From a virus (Duplodnaviria; Caudoviricetes): 33,484 nucleotides of DNA. The stretch spans positions 1 through 33,484 of IMG/VR virus record IMGVR_UViG_3300020463_000068; one strand, given 5' to 3'. The notes beneath the pieces are model-generated. The model worked only from the letters and a program-made list of their open reading frames with translations, had not been told where the DNA came from and made no database searches. Shown one piece after another: positions 19,688 to 28,429 of this stretch; the stretch's first letter is position 1; every line of letters begins with the position of its first letter. Position numbers and translations under genes: made by a program.

Positions 19688-20539
19688 ATGGCTTTTAACT
19701 ACGAAACTTTAAAAAAATACAAATCGGAATCATTTGTTGATTTATCTATTACAGGTACTGAAATAGAATCGCTAGGAGTAACAAGCGGAAAAATTAACGC
19801 AGGAGCAATAACTAGTGGTAAATTAGGAACTGGATCTGTTGATTTAGCCGGTAATAAAGTAGGTGGTACATTACCAACAAGCAAAGGTGGTTCAGGAACT
19901 AGTAATCCTGGAGGATTCAATGCAGGTGTCATTGTATCTAATGGTAGTAGTTGGACTTCTCAAGGACACGGATTGTATAGTATGCAAGTGTGGACTAGTA
20001 ACGGTACTTGGAATAGACCAAGTGGAGTTAAATGGATTAAAGTACAAGTCCAAGGTGGCGGTGGTGGCGGTAGCGGCCACGGCGAATCAGGAGGTGCTGG
20101 AGGCTATTCAGAAGAGTATATCGATGTTTCAAGCATATCAAGTGTGTCTATTACTATAGGTGGCGGTGGTGGAGGAACATATTATTCAAGTGCTGGCGGT
20201 AATGGAGCCGCAAGTTCCTTTGGACCATACTTGTCAGCAGGATTAGGATACGGTGCAAACAGAAATAACCAACACTCAGGAGGAGTAAGTGGTTCAGGAT
20301 CGGGTGGATCGCTAAATATTCATACAGGAGGTGGTGGTAATCATCACCAAAGAACAGGTTACGGAGGAATGAGTTATTTCGGTGGAAATACAGGAGCAGG
20401 ACACCCACAAGGTGGTAACTTTGCACATAATCACCAAAGTCATTCTGCATACGGAAGTGGTGGCACAAGCGGTTACCACAGTGGCTTTAGAGGAGCCGAC
20501 GGTAGACATGGAGTTGTAGTAGTTACAAATTTTAGGTAA
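19688..20539 (+). CDS. Glycine/histidine-rich fibre-tip / adhesin-like protein, paralog 1 (283 aa)
   Basis: MAFNYETLKK N-terminus, ~10-aa VTS.KI repeats and GTLP.SKGG motif. The C-terminal TW.RPSGV..IKV.V.GGGGGG...G.V.V domain is typical of phage glycine-rich (polyglycine) domains. Confidence 0.8.
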   Translation: MAFNYETLKKYKSESFVDLSITGTEIESLGVTSGKINAGAITSGKLGTGSVDLAGNKVGGTLPTSKGGSGTSNPGGFNAGVIVSNGSSWTSQGHGLYSMQVWTSNGTWNRPSGVKWIKVQVQGGGGGGSGHGESGGAGGYSEEYIDVSSISSVSITIGGGGGGTYYSSAGGNGAASSFGPYLSAGLGYGANRNNQHSGGVSGSGSGGSLNIHTGGGGNHHQRTGYGGMSYFGGNTGAGHPQGGNFAHNHQSHSAYGSGGTSGYHSGFRGADGRHGVVVVTNFR

Positions 20540-20544
20540 AAAAA

Positions 20545-21399
20545 ATGGCATTTAATTATCAAACACTTAAAAAAGTTAAATCAGAGTCAATTGTTGACGG
20601 AGAAATTAAAGAAGCAGACCTTGCTAACTTAACTGTAACGGCTGTAGATATTAATGATGGAGCAGTAACATCTGATAAGTTTGATGCAGGTGCTGTGAGT
20701 ATGACAGGGTCTGTAGTATCAGGTACTTTGCCAGTAAGTTCAGGCGGAACAGGATTAACTTCAATTGGCGGCAGTTATAATGCTTTAGGGTATAACGATA
20801 GCGGTACGGCATTACAGTATAGACCATACGGAATTAGAAGTATGCAAGTATATACAGGTAATTCAACTTGGAGCAGACCAAGTAATGTACGTTATATTAA
20901 AGTCTGTGTTGTAGGCGGCGGAGGAGGTGGCGGAGGCCACGGAGAATCCGGCGGTGGCGGCGGATACGCAGAAGAAGTATTAGACGTTACAGGAATTAGT
21001 AGCGTTTCCATTACTATAGGTGGTGGAGGTGGTGGTACTTACTATTCCGGCGGAGCCGGAAATGGAAGTACTTCATCATTTGGACCTTATCTATCAGGTG
21101 GTGGAGGTTATGGAGCAAATAGAAATAATCAACACTCAGGAGGAGTTGGAGTTAACGGATCAGGCGGAAACTTAAATGTGTACGGTGGCGGCGGACAGGC
21201 ACACCACACAAGATCTTCTGTTGGAGGACCATCGTATTGGGGTGGTAATACAGCGGCAGGACACCCACAAGGTGGAAATTTTTCACATAATCACCAACAA
21301 CATTCTGCACCAGGAAGCGGTGGAACTTCTGGATACTATAGTGGATTTAGAGGTGCTAATGGAAGAAACGGCATGATCGTTGTATATGAGTTTTATTAA
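20545..21399 (+). CDS. Glycine/histidine-rich fibre-tip / adhesin-like protein, paralog 2 (284 aa)
   Basis: Collinear with paralogs 1 and 3 (MAFNYQTLKK, NRNNQHSGG, GHPQGGNFSHNHQQHS). Confidence 0.8.
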   Translation: MAFNYQTLKKVKSESIVDGEIKEADLANLTVTAVDINDGAVTSDKFDAGAVSMTGSVVSGTLPVSSGGTGLTSIGGSYNALGYNDSGTALQYRPYGIRSMQVYTGNSTWSRPSNVRYIKVCVVGGGGGGGGHGESGGGGGYAEEVLDVTGISSVSITIGGGGGGTYYSGGAGNGSTSSFGPYLSGGGGYGANRNNQHSGGVGVNGSGGNLNVYGGGGQAHHTRSSVGGPSYWGGNTAAGHPQGGNFSHNHQQHSAPGSGGTSGYYSGFRGANGRNGMIVVYEFY

Positions 21400-21409
21400 G
21401 GATTAAGAT

Positions 21410-22267
21410 ATGGCATTTAACTATCAAACATTAAAAAAACTAACAAATAATGCAATCGTTGCTGAGCAGGTTAAAACAGCTGATATAGGAAACTTAGAAG
21501 TAAAGTCAGGAAAAATTGGAAACAATCAGGTTACATCTGCTAAAATAGGAACAGGAGCAGTTGGGTTAAACACAAATACAACATCAGGTACACTAGCAAC
21601 AAGTAAAGGTGGAACTGGTATTACTTCTATTGGAAGTAGTGGTAACATGTTAAGAGTAAATTCTAGTGCTAATGGACTAGAATGGGTAAACAATTTTGGA
21701 ATAGTTAGGCAAGCTGTATACACAGGTAGTACTACTTGGTATAGACAATCAGGAACTAGATACATTCACGTCCAGGTATGTGGCGGTGGTGGAGGTGGCG
21801 GAGGCCACGGAGAGTCAGGAGGAGCCGGAGGCTATTCAGAAGAAATTATTGATGTTACTGGTATATCAAACGTTTATTGTACAATAGGCGGTGGAGGTGG
21901 TGGTACTTACTATTCCGGTGGAGCCGGCAATGGAAGTAGTTCATCATTTGGTCCTTACTTGTCAGCAAGTGGCGGATATGGAGGAAACAGAAATAATCAA
22001 CACTCGGGAGGCGTTAGTGGTAGCGGTTCTGGAGGAAACTTAAACATCCACACAGGTGGAGGTGGTAGTCACCATCAAAGTCACGGTCCAGGTGGGCATT
22101 CATATTGGGGTGGTAATACCGCCGCAGGACACCCACAGGGCGGAAACTTTTCACACAATCATCAACAGCATTCTGCGCCAGGCAGTGGAGGTACTGGCGG
22201 ATACTTTAGTGGCTTTAGAGGAGCTAACGGTAGACAAGGAATGATCGTAATTACGGAGTATAGATAA
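21410..22267 (+). CDS. Glycine/histidine-rich fibre-tip / adhesin-like protein, paralog 3 (285 aa)
   Basis: Collinear with paralogs 1 and 2, with an AAGGA SD upstream. Confidence 0.8.
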   Translation: MAFNYQTLKKLTNNAIVAEQVKTADIGNLEVKSGKIGNNQVTSAKIGTGAVGLNTNTTSGTLATSKGGTGITSIGSSGNMLRVNSSANGLEWVNNFGIVRQAVYTGSTTWYRQSGTRYIHVQVCGGGGGGGGHGESGGAGGYSEEIIDVTGISNVYCTIGGGGGGTYYSGGAGNGSSSSFGPYLSASGGYGGNRNNQHSGGVSGSGSGGNLNIHTGGGGSHHQSHGPGGHSYWGGNTAAGHPQGGNFSHNHQQHSAPGSGGTGGYFSGFRGANGRQGMIVITEYR

Positions 22268-22767
22268 TGAAAAAAGTAATCGTAGGTGCCGCAGGGTACG
22301 TGATGCAAATTGAAGATCCAGGAGATGATTTTGAGATCTACAATGGCCCTGATGCAACGTTTCAATGGGTAGATGCACCCGACAACGTCACATTACAATG
22401 GACACTAGAATACAGTCCATCAAAAGGAGAAATGGTTTGGGTTGAAAGAGATGAACCACATCCTGACAGCGAAATGCAAAGAAAAGTTGCATACGGAGAC
22501 GTAGGCGCACAATTAGATATGTTATATCACGATATAAAAGCGAATAACATGGCAAACGGTAGCTGGATGAATCATATAGACTTGATTAAATCAAGCATAC
22601 CTGCACCAGTCAAGACAACCGGGGAAGATCTTTCACCTGAAGAGCAAAGAGCATATGATGAAATTAGAGAACCTAGTAAAGACATGCCTTTGAAAATGTC
22701 AAGCGAACAACTACCGGCCTGGAAAAGATGTCCTGCTTGGTGGGGATATAAGAAGGGAGATAGCTAA
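22267..22767 (+). CDS. Putative tail-fibre assembly/chaperone-like protein (166 aa)
   Basis: TAATG coupling to the upstream gene. The R..AY..(V/I)G.QLDMLYHDI......W...I..IK...P.P motif is common in proteins encoded directly after phage fibre genes. Confidence 0.6.
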   Translation: MKKVIVGAAGYVMQIEDPGDDFEIYNGPDATFQWVDAPDNVTLQWTLEYSPSKGEMVWVERDEPHPDSEMQRKVAYGDVGAQLDMLYHDIKANNMANGSWMNHIDLIKSSIPAPVKTTGEDLSPEEQRAYDEIREPSKDMPLKMSSEQLPAWKRCPAWWGYKKGDS

Positions 22768-23015
22768 TGCCAGTTCAATTTATTCCAAAAAGTCCAGTTG
22801 TGTGTGAGAATTATTCTACAGGAAAGATCTTTGAAGATTGTACATTGGTTAGTTTTGAAAAAAAAGTTAAGATGTCTATAACTATTCCAAGAGGAGTAGC
22901 GGCAGGACAAACTATTACTTTACATTACGATACAGATGATCTTAATTACAAAACAACATGGAACGGTAATCTTTTTAGAGCTTCAAATCCAACATTTACA
23001 GCAGTAGAGTCCTAA
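22767..23015 (+). CDS. Hypothetical protein (82 aa)
   Basis: TAATG coupling and GGGAG SD. Last gene of the structural run, with no recognised motif. Confidence 0.65.
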   Translation: MPVQFIPKSPVVCENYSTGKIFEDCTLVSFEKKVKMSITIPRGVAAGQTITLHYDTDDLNYKTTWNGNLFRASNPTFTAVES

Positions 23016-23047
23016 ACCGCTTTTATAACCTGCCTATAGCATTTTTA

Positions 23048-23055
23048 AGTAAATA
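23048..23055 (+). promoter_or_regulatory. Putative late-promoter-like element (AGTAAATA) ahead of the halogenase/oxygenase operon
   Basis: TAAATA core at 23050-23055 in the intergenic gap, about 28 nt upstream of the ATG at 23083. 6/8 match to TATAAATA. Confidence 0.4.
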
Positions 23056-23082
23056 TACGAGCACTAAAAGGAATGTTTGTAT

Positions 23083-24708
23083 ATGAAAATTAAAAGAGTA
23101 TGCGTAGTAGGAGGGGGGTCTAGCGGTTGGATGACTGCCGCGGCTTTGGCAAAATTGTGTCCACATCTTAACGTTACCTTAGTTGAATCACCCAATATTA
23201 AAACTGTGGGAGTTGGCGAATCTACCTTAGGACATATTAACAGATATATGAGGATGATAGGTCTTAAGGACGAAGAATGGATGCCGGCTTGTAACGCCAC
23301 ATATAAAAATTCTATCAGATTTACTAATTTTAGAGAAAACAACGGTTCACATTTTGAGTATCCATTTGTGAATGATTATGATTTTACGTATGCAGGTCAG
23401 CAAGAATTAACTACATGGAACGAGTTGTCTGCTTTATATCCAGAAGAATTTGGACCAAAAACGTTTGCAGAATTTCATGCATTAAGTAATACGTTACTTG
23501 CAACGCACAATAAACAAACAAATAACCAAGATGGAAAATTAAGGCACTTTAATTTTAATCATGATACAGCTTATCACATGGATGCTACAGCATTTGGAAT
23601 ATATTTACGTGACAAGGTATGTATTCCAGCAGGAGTAACACACATAAAGGCAAATGTTATTGCTAGAAAGCACGATGATAAAGGTAACACTCATTCTTTG
23701 TTAATTGAAGGCGATAGAGATATAGGTGCAGATTTATTTATAGATTGTTCTGGATTCAAGTCTTTTCTCTTAGAAGGCTGGCAAGGATCAATATTCCATT
23801 CTTATAAAGGTATTCTAGCAAATGATCATGCTTGGGCAGTAAGATTACCTTATAGTAATAGAATAGAACAAATGCACAATGTTACAGATTGTCATGCATT
23901 AGGAAATGGTTGGGTATGGAATATTCCATTATGGAATAGGATTGGTACTGGATATGTTTACAGTAGTAGATTTATACATAAAGAAGAAGCACTAAAAGAA
24001 TTTAAAGCACATCTTAAAATTACACACAAAAACATAAATGTAGAAGAGTTAGATTACTTCCTTATACCTATTAGACATGGAAAAAGAGTTAAGGCATGGG
24101 CTGGTAATATTGTTGGTATTGGACTAAGTTATGGATTTGTTGAACCTTTAGAGTCAACAGGACTGCTAACTACACATGAAAATATCATTAATCTAACAGC
24201 AATGTTAAACATGCGTAAAGGTTACGTAACTAGAACAGAAGTAGAAGTTTTTAATAACATTACAAATCAAGCAATAGACCAATTTGCAAGATTTGTATCT
24301 AATCATTATGCATTATCAATGAGACAAGATACACCATATTGGCGCTGGGCTACACAAAAAAACGACTACGATCCAGAATTAAATGGTATTCATGTTCCAA
24401 GAGATGATTATAATTACAACAGTTTTGTAACTGTATACGGTAATCAAGCATTCAATCCACAAATGCAAGGAATGAACTTTATAATGGCTGGAATGGGTAT
24501 TAGACCTGTTTCAAGTGAACATATGTTTACTGCCAAACACGGTAAACATCCAGAAGTTGAAAAACAAAGGCGAAGAGAGTTAGAAATGATAAAAAATAAA
24601 TTCTTCGACGAGAAAGAAAAATATATAAAATATATTAAATCCTTACCAACACATTATGAATATTTAAAAGAAAATATATATGGTGGCGTTGATGAGCACG
24701 ATGTTTGA
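23083..24708 (+). CDS. Flavin-dependent halogenase, tryptophan halogenase (PrnA/RebH-like) family
   Basis: Motifs: VGGGSSGW (GxGxxG FAD binding), VGVGEST, CNATYK (catalytic Lys position), FIDCSGF, WVWNIP (WxWxIP) and FVEPLESTG. ATG 23083 is preferred over TTG 23077 because AAGGA lies at 23068-23072. Confidence 0.92.
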   Translation: MKIKRVCVVGGGSSGWMTAAALAKLCPHLNVTLVESPNIKTVGVGESTLGHINRYMRMIGLKDEEWMPACNATYKNSIRFTNFRENNGSHFEYPFVNDYDFTYAGQQELTTWNELSALYPEEFGPKTFAEFHALSNTLLATHNKQTNNQDGKLRHFNFNHDTAYHMDATAFGIYLRDKVCIPAGVTHIKANVIARKHDDKGNTHSLLIEGDRDIGADLFIDCSGFKSFLLEGWQGSIFHSYKGILANDHAWAVRLPYSNRIEQMHNVTDCHALGNGWVWNIPLWNRIGTGYVYSSRFIHKEEALKEFKAHLKITHKNINVEELDYFLIPIRHGKRVKAWAGNIVGIGLSYGFVEPLESTGLLTTHENIINLTAMLNMRKGYVTRTEVEVFNNITNQAIDQFARFVSNHYALSMRQDTPYWRWATQKNDYDPELNGIHVPRDDYNYNSFVTVYGNQAFNPQMQGMNFIMAGMGIRPVSSEHMFTAKHGKHPEVEKQRRRELEMIKNKFFDEKEKYIKYIKSLPTHYEYLKENIYGGVDEHDV

Positions 24709-25492
24709 TTTTTTTAAAAAAAAGAAACCTATAGCAAGATTTTATAGTTTGCAAGAAGGAGTAGCAGATGTACATCCAGTTATTCCAACAGCGTCTGTAA
24801 AACGTCCCTGGATTAAAATACCTAGTAATCCTCATCCAAACGACGGCAGTATTGCTACGAGAAATTGTCCCGGTATAAAATTAATATTGAATGCAGGCTG
24901 GGTGCTTACAGCACCTGCAGACTTTATTATTGCAACAGACGGAGATGGTATTAATTTTAGATATGAAGAAGCTCAGCGATTCCATCTTGAACAATCTCCA
25001 GGACAAGACAAGTATATAGACTTTCATGATCAAAATCAAACTGAAAGAATTTTAGACGATCCAAGTAAAAGTTTAAAAACAGTAGTAAAAATACATACAC
25101 CTTGGAGAGTAGAATTAGATGACGACTATTTACTTTTGCAAATTCCTGTGCATTATTCAAACGAAAAAAGATTCACTCCAGCAACAGGATTGATAGATCC
25201 TAGGTATGCTCATGTCCTTAATGTGCAACTATTTTGGCATGTATTAAACGGAGAAGAAGTTGTTAAAGCAGGAACACCTTTAGTACAGTACATACCAGTT
25301 CCAAGAAAAGCGTATGTTTCTTCTCATTTTAATTTTATATGTGGAGATGCAACAGACGAAGATAGAAAAATGGAAAGATCTTTTCAATATACACTAAGTT
25401 CTGTAATTTACAAGTTTGATTCATTAAAGTCACGCTTAGTTAGAGTACGTAAAGTTATAGATAAGTATCGTAGCAATAGGAGAAAAAGATGA
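24701..25492 (+). CDS. Hypothetical protein, possible dUTPase-like (beta-clip) fold without catalytic motifs
   Basis: The pattern CPGI...GWVL.AP.DF...KIHTPW...LLQIP...GLID...VVKAGTPLVQYIP resembles dUTPase-fold phage proteins. Start is uncertain (24680, 24692 or 24701); 24701 overlaps the upstream stop by 8 nt. Confidence 0.55.
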   Translation: MFDFFKKKKPIARFYSLQEGVADVHPVIPTASVKRPWIKIPSNPHPNDGSIATRNCPGIKLILNAGWVLTAPADFIIATDGDGINFRYEEAQRFHLEQSPGQDKYIDFHDQNQTERILDDPSKSLKTVVKIHTPWRVELDDDYLLLQIPVHYSNEKRFTPATGLIDPRYAHVLNVQLFWHVLNGEEVVKAGTPLVQYIPVPRKAYVSSHFNFICGDATDEDRKMERSFQYTLSSVIYKFDSLKSRLVRVRKVIDKYRSNRRKR

Positions 25493-25734
25493 GTGAAAAA
25501 ATAATAGAAGAATTAGAAAAAGTTTCTGCCGGCATTGAAAAAGCAAAACACGAAACAGAAGAAAAATTAAAAACAGTTGAAGATAATCTTCACGACACAA
25601 AGTTAAATCCTTATGGTGTAACTACTATTGACTTTTCTGAAAGACAAGAACTAATGGAAGATGTATTAAAAATGGAAGGCACTATGATGGGTTTAAAATT
25701 AGCTATAGAAACTTGTCAAGAAAATGCTTTCTAA
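25489..25734 (+). CDS. Small acidic helical / coiled-coil hypothetical protein (81 aa)
   Basis: ATGA overlap, AGGAG SD and an E/K-rich heptad-like sequence. Confidence 0.7.
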   Translation: MSEKIIEELEKVSAGIEKAKHETEEKLKTVEDNLHDTKLNPYGVTTIDFSERQELMEDVLKMEGTMMGLKLAIETCQENAF

Positions 25735-26335
25735 TGGAGTATATATTAACCCCTGGGCTACCTTACTTTTTAAAACATCATACGATCTCAATTACAAGAA
25801 TATAGCATCCACAGTTCAAGAGTATATTTCACAACACCCAAAAAATACTTCGCTTCTTGAAAAAGGAGAAGCATATTCAACAGTTATACATCAAACTCAT
25901 CCTCCACACTTATGGCCAGAATTTAAAGATTTTTGTGCAGAACTACTAATAACACTTAAAGAAATATACGCAGAACATCGAATATTAGACAAAGAAAATT
26001 GCTTGTTACAATCCTGGATAAACACACACGGACCAGGCGGAGAAACATTAGAACATTCTCATAATCTAGTTGACTTTGTAGTTACTTGTTATTTAAATTT
26101 ACCAGATAACGGTGGATTTATAGAGTTTAGAGATCCCTTAGAATATCACAAAGCAAACTCATATATTGACCCAGATACAAATCTCTGGTCACCTATTCCT
26201 TGTAAAACTAATGATATATTAATTTTTCCTGGTTGGTTAAAACATAGAGTTCAGCCTAACAAATCAGAAGAAGAAAGAGTAGTACTAACTATAAATGTAG
26301 GAACACCAAATGCAATTCAAAGTATGCAAGCCTGA
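25724..26335 (+). CDS. 2OG-Fe(II) oxygenase, TIGR02466-like HxH type
   Basis: SWINTH..GG.TLEHSH...YL..P..GG.IEF.DP...LIFPGWLKHRV.PN.S...RVVLTIN. Confidence 0.85.
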   Translation: MLSNGVYINPWATLLFKTSYDLNYKNIASTVQEYISQHPKNTSLLEKGEAYSTVIHQTHPPHLWPEFKDFCAELLITLKEIYAEHRILDKENCLLQSWINTHGPGGETLEHSHNLVDFVVTCYLNLPDNGGFIEFRDPLEYHKANSYIDPDTNLWSPIPCKTNDILIFPGWLKHRVQPNKSEEERVVLTINVGTPNAIQSMQA

Positions 26336-27098
26336 TGCAAATACTTTTCCAAATGTGGTAAAGTTTAAAAATGCAAAAGATATAAAATATGAATATGTAA
26401 GTCTTGATAATGATGTTGGTTACTGGATACTTGAATCTCCATTTTTAAATAATACATTTGAATTGTACAAAGAGTTAGTATCTTGTTTTCCTATATCTAA
26501 AGACAACAACAGTCCTGATAACCCCGATCCTAATCCATTTGATACTATACATATACCTGATTGGTTGCACAAAGACATTTGTTTATTACTTAGAGACTTT
26601 TACGTAAAACAGTTTCATAATGAACACTGGAGTTTAGATTATGCGTTAGGACACTTTAGAAATCCGCGTGTGTTTGAATGGGGTAACGTGTACTTTAAAA
26701 ATAAAGCTAAACCTATAATAGCATATAGAATACCACATATAGATTATCCTAAAGGAATTGTTGGGAACTTATGGTTCACAAACCATGAAAAAGGAACGTC
26801 AGGAACGAAGTTCTATAAGTATATAGGTAATACATTTTCAGGGGGATATGACTTTGCAGTGGATCCTAAGCATAAACTGTATGACGAGTATCAGGACATG
26901 CTTAGACAAGGAAGAAATAATAACTGGTTTAACTTTGATGATAAAGAACTACAAAGATTTGGATTTGAATACTTAGGAATGGCCGACTGTGTTCAAAATA
27001 CTATGACTGTTTATAAGTCTGACATTTGCCACTTAGCATATGTTGGAAAATCAGTAAACTTTAGATGGAGCCATACATATGCGTTTGCCCACGAATAG
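26310..27098 (+). CDS. Putative 2OG-Fe(II) oxygenase (PHxD type, DUF6445-like, divergent)
   Basis: IPHIDYP, SGTKFY, NTMTVY...ICHLAY and FRWSH give an HxD...H triad with a downstream Arg. Confidence 0.65.
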   Translation: MQFKVCKPDANTFPNVVKFKNAKDIKYEYVSLDNDVGYWILESPFLNNTFELYKELVSCFPISKDNNSPDNPDPNPFDTIHIPDWLHKDICLLLRDFYVKQFHNEHWSLDYALGHFRNPRVFEWGNVYFKNKAKPIIAYRIPHIDYPKGIVGNLWFTNHEKGTSGTKFYKYIGNTFSGGYDFAVDPKHKLYDEYQDMLRQGRNNNWFNFDDKELQRFGFEYLGMADCVQNTMTVYKSDICHLAYVGKSVNFRWSHTYAFAHE

Positions 27099-27699
27099 AC
27101 TAAACTGTGATTTTTATTTTCCAACACCAATTTGGTGGAGTGATACTTCTTACGACAATACAGAACTGTTAGAACTATTTAATTTTTTAAAAGAAGATGA
27201 CCCTAAAGGAGTATGGTTAAGTAACTTTGGCGGATATCAAACTAGAAATTTTATGCCCAAAGATTTTCCAGCTACAGACAAGTTTATAAAATGGATTCAA
27301 TCATTTGGTACAAGCTGTTTAGAAGACTTTGGATTGAATCCGGAAAGATATAGACTAACATGTGGAAACATTTGGTTCAATGAGAATAAAGGAAGAGATA
27401 TAAACCAGTTGCACATACACGGTGGATCTTTTATTGCAGGAACATACTATCTTAAAATTCCAAAAGGATCAGGTGATATAATCTTTTATAGAAACTATTT
27501 GGAAGAATTTGCACTAGCAACGATTACAGCTTCATATGATAGATACACAGCAGTAAGTGGAGTTACAGCTAGATATCCTCCAAGAGAAGGCAGAGTAGTG
27601 TTATTTCCAGCTTGGTTACAACATGGTGTTTTGCCTAGTGAATCAGAAGAGCCTAGAATTTCTTTAGCTTTTAATTTAAGGATAGAAGAAAATGTTTGA
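27079..27699 (+). CDS. 2OG-Fe(II) oxygenase, TIGR02466-like HxH type
   Basis: FPTPIW...WFNEN....N.LHIH.GS..AGTYY.KIPKGSGDIIF...P.EG.VVLFPAWLQHGV.P....EPRISLAFN. Confidence 0.9.
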   Translation: MRLPTNRLNCDFYFPTPIWWSDTSYDNTELLELFNFLKEDDPKGVWLSNFGGYQTRNFMPKDFPATDKFIKWIQSFGTSCLEDFGLNPERYRLTCGNIWFNENKGRDINQLHIHGGSFIAGTYYLKIPKGSGDIIFYRNYLEEFALATITASYDRYTAVSGVTARYPPREGRVVLFPAWLQHGVLPSESEEPRISLAFNLRIEENV

Positions 27700-28429
27700 T
27701 AACATCGGCCAAGTTTTCATGAACACTACTAATCTATTTTATGAAGACAAGCCGCATTTTTTTGAAAATTTACTTGTTAACGAAAGTTATAAATCTCTTG
27801 TCTCTTGGCAAGACGTTGAAGACTGTTTAAACAATCCTCATTTTTACAATTTTGAAATGATAGATCAACATAATAATAAAATTGATATACCTATGTCAGA
27901 AAAAGCATGGGAATTTGGCGGAAAATTAATACAAGATAAACAATACTTATTCAATAGATTTAACAATGGCAGTACTCTCATTATTATGAACTACGGATTT
28001 CATAATAAACCTATCTCGGAATTATTAAATAATTTAGAACAGATGTTTGATATACATGCCGCCGCTCATGTTTATTGTGGAATGCAAGACACAAAGTCTT
28101 TTACAATACATGACGACTATCCTGCTAATTTTATCTTTCAAGTAGAAGGGGAGACTGAGTGGACTTTATTTAAAAATAGAATTAGTTATCTATACAAGTC
28201 AGGGTTAATGAACGGAAAACTAAAAGAAGAAGATTTAGAAGTTGAATTAAAGGTAAATTTAAAACCAGGAGATGCATTATATATTCCCTCTAGAGCGTAT
28301 CATTGTGCAAAACCTAAGGGAGAACGGATAAGCGTTAGTGTGCCTTGTTGGAATAAACTAGCAACAGACAGACCTAACACCAGCGTAGACAGAAATACAT
28401 ATCATATACATAGGAGAAATAATGTTTGA
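27692..28429 (+). CDS. JmjC / cupin_4 (YcfD/ROX-like) protein hydroxylase family
   Basis: AHVY......SF.IHDD...NFIFQVEGETEW...LKPGDALYIP....HCA: HxD...H in JmjC spacing. Confidence 0.85.
   Translation: MFDNIGQVFMNTTNLFYEDKPHFFENLLVNESYKSLVSWQDVEDCLNNPHFYNFEMIDQHNNKIDIPMSEKAWEFGGKLIQDKQYLFNRFNNGSTLIIMNYGFHNKPISELLNNLEQMFDIHAAAHVYCGMQDTKSFTIHDDYPANFIFQVEGETEWTLFKNRISYLYKSGLMNGKLKEEDLEVELKVNLKPGDALYIPSRAYHCAKPKGERISVSVPCWNKLATDRPNTSVDRNTYHIHRRNNV

Noticed and set aside
20398-20409. HPQ tripeptide (streptavidin-binding motif) conserved in all three Gly-rich proteins
   Set aside because: A three-residue match with no biological context for biotin mimicry. It is treated only as part of the conserved His-rich loop.
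19863-22244. Alternative-frame + strand ORFs inside each Gly-rich gene (19863-20159, 21176-21376, 22056-22244), suggesting overprinting or frameshifting
   Set aside because: GGN-rich coding suppresses stops in shifted frames, and their mutual similarity simply follows the paralogy. No conserved slippery site was seen.
19688-22267. Repeated DNA among the three Gly-rich genes as a possible DGR template/variable repeat, CRISPR array or invertible cassette
   Set aside because: Differences are mostly synonymous and not adenine-specific. All copies are intact same-strand genes, and there is no reverse transcriptase, recombinase, inverted repeat or repeat-spacer periodicity in the window.
342-22378. 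Many 60-130-aa minus-strand ORFs opposite the structural genes
   Set aside because: They are antisense shadows of long + strand genes with biased codon use (Thr/Gly/Val rich). They show no recognisable motifs and lie almost entirely within better-supported CDSs.
23016-23047. Possible intrinsic terminator after the structural module
   Set aside because: A T-run is present but no convincing stem precedes it.
24709-24724. T7-A8 run containing an in-frame A-AAA-AAG slippery heptamer
   Set aside because: It lies within the first eight codons of the gene (FFKKK) and the -1 frame stops within about 10 codons. No stimulatory structure is evident, and such runs are expected in AT-rich DNA.
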